DNA of 64,000 nucleotides from Escherichia coli (GTDB lineage Bacteria; Pseudomonadota; Gammaproteobacteria; Enterobacterales; Enterobacteriaceae): NCBI RefSeq assembly GCF_048403405.1, contig NZ_CP183129.1; one strand, 5' to 3'. Shown piece by piece: positions 56,444 to 64,000 of this stretch (position 1 is its first letter; each line of letters starts with the position of its first letter). The notes under the pieces were generated by a model. It saw only the letters and a program-made list of their open reading frames with translations, ran no database searches and was not told where the DNA came from. The position numbers and the translations under genes were made by a program.

Positions 56444-56511
56444 GTAGAGGTTTTACTGCTCATTTTCATCAGACAATCTGTGTGAGCACTGCAAAGCACA
56501 GTTCTTTAAGG

Positions 56512-58053
<1,542 letters not shown>

Positions 58054-58184
58054 AAAAGTTTGATGCTCAAAGAATTAAACTTCGTAATGAATTACGTGTT
58101 CACTCTTGAGACTTGGTATTCATTTTTCGTCTTGCGACGTTAAGAATCCGTATCTTCGAGTGCCCACACAGATTGTCTGATAAA

Positions 58185-58197
58185 TTGTTAAAGAGCA
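58185..58197 (-). promoter_or_regulatory. rrn leader boxA antitermination element
   Basis: Reverse complement is TGCTCTTTAACAA. Confidence 0.8.
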
Positions 58198-58237
58198 GTT
58201 GCGACGCGGCTTTCAGCTCACTGTCGCGAGGTGGCGT

Positions 58238-58265
58238 ATATTACGCTTTCCTCTTTCAGAGTCAA
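58238..58265 (-). promoter_or_regulatory. rrnH P2 promoter
   Basis: Minus strand: -35 TTGACT (58265..58260), -10 TAATAT (58243..58238). Confidence 0.8.
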
Positions 58266-58347
58266 CCCTGAATTTCAGGATTTTTCTCTTCAACCGAACC
58301 AGCTGTTTGTGTGAAGTGATTCACATCCGCCGTGTCGATGGAGGCGC

Positions 58348-58375
58348 ATTATAGGGAGTCGGCTCAGGAAGACAA
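58348..58375 (-). promoter_or_regulatory. rrnH P1 promoter
   Basis: Minus strand: -35 TTGTCT, 16-bp spacer, -10 TATAAT, GC-rich discriminator GCGCCTCC; AT-rich UP region overlaps the 3' end of gmhB. Confidence 0.85.
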
Positions 58376-58418
58376 GCGGAAAAATGCATTTTTATTTCAA
58401 CCGCTCATCTTTTAATCA

Positions 58419-58991
58419 TTACGCCGGTTTTTGCTGCTTTTTTATCGCTTGCGGCAGGTCTGCCAGGCTATTTAACACCCAATCCGCCGCGTTTTCAGCT
58501 TCAGGCGTAACAGGTTTACCCGTACGCACCAGCACTTTTGTTCCCACGTTCGCCGCAGCCGCTGCCTGCATATCTTCTAATTTATCGCCCACCATATAAG
58601 AAGCGGCCATATCAATATGCAAATAATCGCGTGCCGATAAAAGCATCCCCGGATGTGGTTTGCGGCAGTCGCAGACCTGGCGAAACTCTTCAACACTACC
58701 CTGCGGATGATGCGGGCAATAATAGATACCATCCAGATCGACATCGCGGTCCGCCAGCGACCAGTCCATCCACTCGGTCAGCGTTTCAAACTGTGCTTCA
58801 GTAAATTTACCGCGAGCAATGCCAGACTGGTTGGTTACTACCACCAGCGCAAAGCCCATTTTTTTTAGCTCGCGCATGGCGTCAATAACACCGTCGATAA
58901 ATTCAAAGTTGTCGATCTCATGGACATAGCCGTGATCGACATTAATGGTGCCATCACGGTCAAGAAAAATTGCGGGTACGCTCTTCGCCAC
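58419..58991 (-). CDS. gmhB: D-glycero-D-manno-heptose 1,7-bisphosphate phosphatase
   Basis: 190 aa, HAD motif FLDRDGT. Confidence 0.9.
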   Translation of the reverse strand: MAKSVPAIFLDRDGTINVDHGYVHEIDNFEFIDGVIDAMRELKKMGFALVVVTNQSGIARGKFTEAQFETLTEWMDWSLADRDVDLDGIYYCPHHPQGSVEEFRQVCDCRKPHPGMLLSARDYLHIDMAASYMVGDKLEDMQAAAAANVGTKVLVRTGKPVTPEAENAADWVLNSLADLPQAIKKQQKPA

Positions 58992-59080
58992 CTTTTATAG
59001 CTCCTTAATAAGGCATGTGACGCTAGTATCGCATGTTTCGACCAGCAAGAAAGTGCTCTTCGCATAAACCTGATTGATTT

Positions 59081-59096
59081 AGACGTCTGGATGCCT
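59081..59096 (+). promoter_or_regulatory. Candidate MetJ operator (metbox) upstream of metN
   Basis: agacgtct perfect metbox followed by a degenerate second 8-mer ggatgcct. Confidence 0.45.
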
Positions 59097-59178
59097 TAAC
59101 ATCCATTTCATTGACGGCGTTGCCCGTTCCAGGCATTCGAAATGCCACGACTAACTTAATGACGATAATAAATAATCA

Positions 59179-60210
59179 ATGATAAAACTTTCGAATATCA
59201 CCAAAGTGTTCCACCAGGGCACCCGCACCATCCAGGCGTTGAACAACGTCAGCCTGCATGTGCCAGCTGGACAAATTTATGGCGTTATCGGTGCCTCAGG
59301 CGCGGGTAAGAGTACGCTTATACGTTGTGTAAACCTGCTGGAGCGCCCAACCGAGGGTAGCGTGCTGGTCGATGGCCAAGAACTGACCACGCTGTCAGAA
59401 TCCGAGTTGACCAAAGCTCGCCGCCAGATTGGTATGATTTTCCAGCATTTTAACCTGCTCTCTTCGCGTACTGTTTTTGGCAACGTGGCTCTGCCGCTGG
59501 AGCTGGACAACACACCGAAAGATGAGATCAAACGTCGCGTGACGGAATTGCTGTCATTGGTTGGTCTTGGCGATAAACATGATAGCTACCCGTCGAATCT
59601 TTCCGGTGGGCAGAAACAGCGTGTGGCGATTGCCCGTGCGTTAGCCAGCAATCCCAAAGTATTGCTGTGTGATGAGGCCACCAGCGCGCTGGATCCGGCA
59701 ACGACACGTTCTATTCTCGAACTGCTGAAAGACATCAACCGCCGTCTGGGTTTGACGATTCTGTTGATCACCCACGAAATGGACGTTGTGAAGCGTATTT
59801 GTGATTGCGTGGCGGTCATCAGCAATGGCGAACTGATCGAGCAGGACACGGTAAGTGAAGTGTTCTCGCATCCGAAAACGCCGCTGGCGCAGAAGTTTAT
59901 TCAGTCGACCTTGCATCTGGATATCCCGGAAGATTACCAGGAACGTCTGCAAGCGGAGCCATTCACTGACTGCGTGCCGATGTTACGTCTGGAGTTTACC
60001 GGTCAATCGGTCGATGCCCCACTGCTTTCTGAAACCGCACGTCGTTTCAACGTCAACAACAACATTATTAGCGCGCAGATGGATTACGCCGGTGGCGTTA
60101 AGTTCGGCATCATGCTGACTGAAATGCACGGCACACAACAAGATACGCAAGCCGCCATTGCCTGGCTGCAGGAACACCATGTAAAAGTAGAGGTACTGGG
60201 TTATGTCTGA
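59179..60210 (+). CDS. metN: Methionine ABC transporter ATP-binding protein
   Basis: 343 aa; Walker [10 protein letters not shown] and ABC signature LSGGQKQR. Confidence 0.92.
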
Positions 60211-60856
60211 GCCGATGATGTGGCTGCTGGTTCGTGGCGTATGGGAAACGCTGGCAATGACCTTCGTATCCGGTTTTTTTGGATTTGTGATTGGTCTGCC
60301 GGTTGGCGTCCTGCTTTATGTCACGCGTCCGGGGCAAATTATTGCTAACGCGAAGCTGTATCGTACCGTTTCTGCGATTGTGAACATTTTCCGTTCCATC
60401 CCGTTCATTATCTTGCTGGTATGGATGATTCCGTTTACCCGCGTTATTGTTGGTACATCGATTGGTTTGCAGGCAGCGATTGTTCCGTTAACCGTTGGTG
60501 CAGCACCGTTTATTGCCCGTATGGTCGAGAACGCTCTGCTGGAGATCCCAACCGGGCTAATTGAAGCTTCCCGCGCAATGGGTGCCACACCGATGCAGAT
60601 CGTCCGTAAAGTGCTGTTGCCAGAAGCACTGCCGGGTCTGGTGAATGCTGCGACTATCACCCTGATTACCCTGGTCGGTTATTCCGCGATGGGTGGTGCA
60701 GTCGGTGCCGGTGGTTTAGGTCAGATTGGCTATCAGTATGGCTACATCGGCTACAACGCGACGGTGATGAATACGGTACTGGTATTGCTGGTCATTCTGG
60801 TTTATTTAATTCAGTTCGCAGGCGACCGCATCGTCCGGGCTGTCACTCGCAAGTAA
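60203..60856 (+). CDS. metI: Methionine ABC transporter permease
   Basis: 217 aa polytopic membrane protein, overlaps metN stop. Confidence 0.9.
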
Positions 60857-60895
60857 CGTTCAACACAACATAAATAATTGAAGAAGGAATAAGGT

Positions 60896-61711
60896 ATGGC
60901 GTTCAAATTCAAAACCTTTGCGGCAGTGGGAGCCCTGATTGGATCACTGGCACTGGTAGGCTGCGGTCAGGATGAAAAAGATCCAAACCACATTAAAGTC
61001 GGCGTGATTGTTGGTGCCGAACAGCAGGTTGCAGAAGTCGCGCAGAAAGTTGCGAAAGACAAATATGGCCTGGACGTTGAGCTGGTAACCTTCAACGACT
61101 ATGTTCTGCCAAACGAAGCATTGAGCAAAGGCGATATCGACGCCAACGCCTTCCAGCATAAACCGTACCTTGATCAGCAACTGAAAGATCGTGGCTACAA
61201 ACTGGTCGCAGTAGGCAACACTTTTGTTTATCCGATTGCAGGTTACTCCAAGAAAATCAAATCACTGGATGAACTGCAGGATGGTTCGCAGGTTGCCGTG
61301 CCAAACGACCCAACTAACCTTGGTCGTTCACTGCTGCTGCTGCAAAAAGTGGGCTTGATCAAACTGAAAGATGGCGTTGGCCTGCTGCCGACCGTTCTTG
61401 ATGTTGTTGAGAACCCCAAAAATCTGAAAATTGTTGAGCTGGAAGCACCGCAGCTGCCGCGTTCTCTGGACGACGCGCAAATCGCTCTGGCAGTTATCAA
61501 TACCACCTATGCCAGCCAGATTGGCCTGACTCCGGCGAAAGACGGTATCTTTGTCGAAGATAAAGAGTCCCCGTACGTAAACCTGATCGTAACGCGTGAA
61601 GATAACAAAGACGCCGAGAACGTGAAGAAATTCGTCCAGGCTTATCAGTCTGACGAAGTTTACGAAGCAGCAAACAAAGTGTTTAACGGCGGCGCTGTTA
61701 AAGGCTGGTAA
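60896..61711 (+). CDS. metQ: Methionine-binding lipoprotein
   Basis: 271 aa with lipobox (LVGCGQ). Confidence 0.9.
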   Translation: MAFKFKTFAAVGALIGSLALVGCGQDEKDPNHIKVGVIVGAEQQVAEVAQKVAKDKYGLDVELVTFNDYVLPNEALSKGDIDANAFQHKPYLDQQLKDRGYKLVAVGNTFVYPIAGYSKKIKSLDELQDGSQVAVPNDPTNLGRSLLLLQKVGLIKLKDGVGLLPTVLDVVENPKNLKIVELEAPQLPRSLDDAQIALAVINTTYASQIGLTPAKDGIFVEDKESPYVNLIVTREDNKDAENVKKFVQAYQSDEVYEAANKVFNGGAVKGW

Positions 61712-61828
61712 TTTTTAGGCTGTTTCCACAATTTGTAATATCATTCAGGACGGGCGCTTGCCCGTCTTGTCATTTCTACAAGCTCCTGATTCAATATTGA
61801 CGTTTTGATCATACATTGAGGAAATACT

Positions 61829-62233
61829 ATGCGTGCTTTACCGATCTGTTTAGTAGCACTCATGCTAAGCGGCTGTTCCATGTTAAGCAGATCCCCTGTC
61901 GAACCCGTTCAAAGCACTGCACCCCAGCCGAAAGCGGAGCCTGCAAAACCGAAAGCGCCGCGCGCCACGCCGGTCCGAATTTATACCAATGCAGAAGAAT
62001 TAGTCGGCAAACCGTTCCGCGATCTCGGTGAAGTCAGTGGCGACTCTTGCCAGGCCTCTAATCAGGACTCTCCGCCGAGCATTCCAACCGCGCGTAAGCG
62101 GATGCAAATCAACGCCTCGAAAATGAAAGCCAATGCGGTATTACTGCATAGCTGCGAAGTCACCAGCGGTACGCCAGGCTGCTATCGTCAGGCTGTATGT
62201 ATCGGTTCTGCGCTTAACATTACGGCGAAATGA
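61829..62233 (+). CDS. rcsF: Rcs phosphorelay outer-membrane lipoprotein sensor
   Basis: 134 aa, lipobox MLSGCS, Pro/Lys-rich linker, four conserved Cys. Confidence 0.9.
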   Translation: MRALPICLVALMLSGCSMLSRSPVEPVQSTAPQPKAEPAKPKAPRATPVRIYTNAEELVGKPFRDLGEVSGDSCQASNQDSPPSIPTARKRMQINASKMKANAVLLHSCEVTSGTPGCYRQAVCIGSALNITAK

Positions 62234-62937
62234 GCAGTTTCCAGTTCGAGCAAATAGGCGTTATTCGCTCGCCCTATAAAGAAAAATTCGCCGTTCCGCG
62301 CCAGCCAGGTCTGGTAAAAAGCGCCAACGGCGAACTGCATCTCATTGCTCCCTACAACCAGGCCGACGCCGTTCGCGGCCTGGAAGCGTTCAGCCATTTA
62401 TGGATCCTTTTCGTCTTTCATCAAACGATGGAAGGCGGCTGGCGTCCGACTGTGCGTCCACCGCGCCTCGGCGGTAATACCAGAATGGGTGTTTTCGCTA
62501 CGCGCTCCACTTTCCGCCCTAACCCGATTGGTATGTCGCTGGTAGAGCTGAAAGAGGTTGTTTGCCATAAAGACAGCGTGATTCTGAAGCTCGGCAGTCT
62601 GGATCTGGTAGATGGGACGCCGGTGGTGGATATCAAACCGTATCTCCCCTTTGCCGAATCGCTTCCCGATGCCAGTGCCAGCTATGCGCAAAGTGCGCCA
62701 GCTGCAGAGATGGCGGTGAGTTTTACCGCAGAGGTCGAAAAGCAGCTTTTGACGCTGGAGAAGCGTTATCCGCAGTTAACGCTGTTTATCCGCGAAGTAC
62801 TGGCGCAGGACCCGCGCCCGGCCTATCGTAAAGGTGAGGAAACGGGCAAAACCTATGCCGTCTGGCTGCATGATTTTAACGTTCGCTGGCGCGTCACCGA
62901 CGCAGGTTTTGAAGTCTTTGCGCTGGAACCGCGTTAA
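62230..62937 (+). CDS. tsaA: tRNA (adenine37-N6)-methyltransferase TsaA (YaeB)
   Basis: 235 aa MSSFQFEQIGVIRSPYKEKFAVPRQPGL... Confidence 0.85.
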   Translation: MSSFQFEQIGVIRSPYKEKFAVPRQPGLVKSANGELHLIAPYNQADAVRGLEAFSHLWILFVFHQTMEGGWRPTVRPPRLGGNTRMGVFATRSTFRPNPIGMSLVELKEVVCHKDSVILKLGSLDLVDGTPVVDIKPYLPFAESLPDASASYAQSAPAAEMAVSFTAEVEKQLLTLEKRYPQLTLFIREVLAQDPRPAYRKGEETGKTYAVWLHDFNVRWRVTDAGFEVFALEPR

Positions 62938-63047
62938 ATTCACGCCCTTCTCTTTTGACATTTCTTTTGCACTGGTAAACTAAATCACTTTTTTTGTCCC
63001 AGGCTCACCTTGAGCCTGTTCTACCTTCCAACTGGAACCGTAACAAC

Positions 63048-64000
63048 ATGCGTACTAGCCAATACCTGCTCTCCACTCTCAAGGAGACACCTGCCGACGC
63101 CGAGGTGATCAGCCATCAGCTGATGCTGCGCGCCGGGATGATCCGCAAGCTGGCCTCCGGGTTATATACCTGGCTGCCGACCGGCGTGCGCGTTCTGAAA
63201 AAAGTCGAAAACATCGTGCGTGAAGAGATGAACAACGCCGGTGCGATCGAGGTGTCGATGCCGGTGGTTCAGCCAGCCGATTTGTGGCAAGAGAGTGGTC
63301 GTTGGGAACAGTACGGTCCGGAACTGCTGCGTTTTGTTGACCGTGGCGAGCGTCCGTTCGTACTCGGCCCAACTCATGAAGAAGTTATTACAGACCTGAT
63401 TCGTAACGAGCTGAGCTCTTACAAACAGCTGCCGCTGAACTTCTATCAGATCCAGACCAAGTTCCGCGACGAAGTGCGTCCGCGTTTCGGCGTCATGCGT
63501 TCCCGCGAATTCCTGATGAAAGATGCTTACTCTTTCCATACTTCTCAGGAATCCCTGCAGGAAACCTACGATGCAATGTATGCGGCCTACAGCAAAATCT
63601 TCAGCCGCATGGGGCTGGATTTCCGCGCCGTACAGGCCGACACCGGTTCTATCGGCGGTAGCGCCTCTCACGAATTCCAGGTGCTGGCGCAGAGCGGTGA
63701 AGACGATGTGGTCTTCTCCGACACCTCTGACTATGCAGCGAACATTGAGCTGGCAGAAGCTATCGCGCCGAAAGAACCGCGCGCTGCTGCTACCCAGGAA
63801 ATGACGCTGGTTGATACGCCGAACGCGAAGACCATCGCGGAACTGGTTGAACAGTTCAATCTGCCGATTGAGAAAACGGTTAAGACTCTGCTGGTTAAAG
63901 CGGTTGAAGGCAGTAGCTTCCCGCTGGTTGCGCTGCTGGTGCGCGGTGACCACGAGCTGAACGAAGTTAAAGCAGAAAAACTGCCGCAGGTTGCAAGCCC
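63048..64000 (+). CDS. proS: Prolyl-tRNA synthetase, partial (N-terminal 317 codons; continues beyond window)
   Basis: ATG 63048, [44 protein letters not shown]...; no stop before window end. Confidence 0.92.

Overview
Enterobacterial (Escherichia coli-type) chromosomal segment, inverted relative to the K-12 map, running dinB -> fadE -> yafV -> [island] -> aspV -> dnaQ/rnhA -> rrnH operon (read on the minus strand) -> metNIQ -> proS. The flanks are ordinary housekeeping genes. Between yafV (ends 10912) and yafT/aspV (44597) lies a ~33.6 kb accessory island carrying an apparently intact type VI secretion system (T6SS). One arm (minus strand) is hcp - vgrG - PAAR-Rhs toxin - immunity - H-repeat transposase. 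The other arm (plus strand) is a tightly packed operon tssB ... tssM - vasL-like - hcp2 - putative membrane effector - small membrane protein, the last gene split by an IS1 copy. As I recall the K-12 map, K-12 keeps only remnants of this island (ykfM, yafU, yafF). The most interesting signals are the two putative effector/immunity modules (Rhs tip with unassigned toxin domain; Hcp2-linked glycine-zipper membrane protein with an IS1-disrupted candidate immunity gene), a short paralogue of the TssC N-terminus between tssB and tssC, and an in-frame hexanucleotide microsatellite in clpV. Also present: the Flag-2 deletion scar (lfhA'/lafU'), and apparent absence of rayT and dinJ-yafQ. No CRISPR array or prophage integrase was seen. 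All family assignments are from reading the translated ORFs and recalled motifs; no database search was run.
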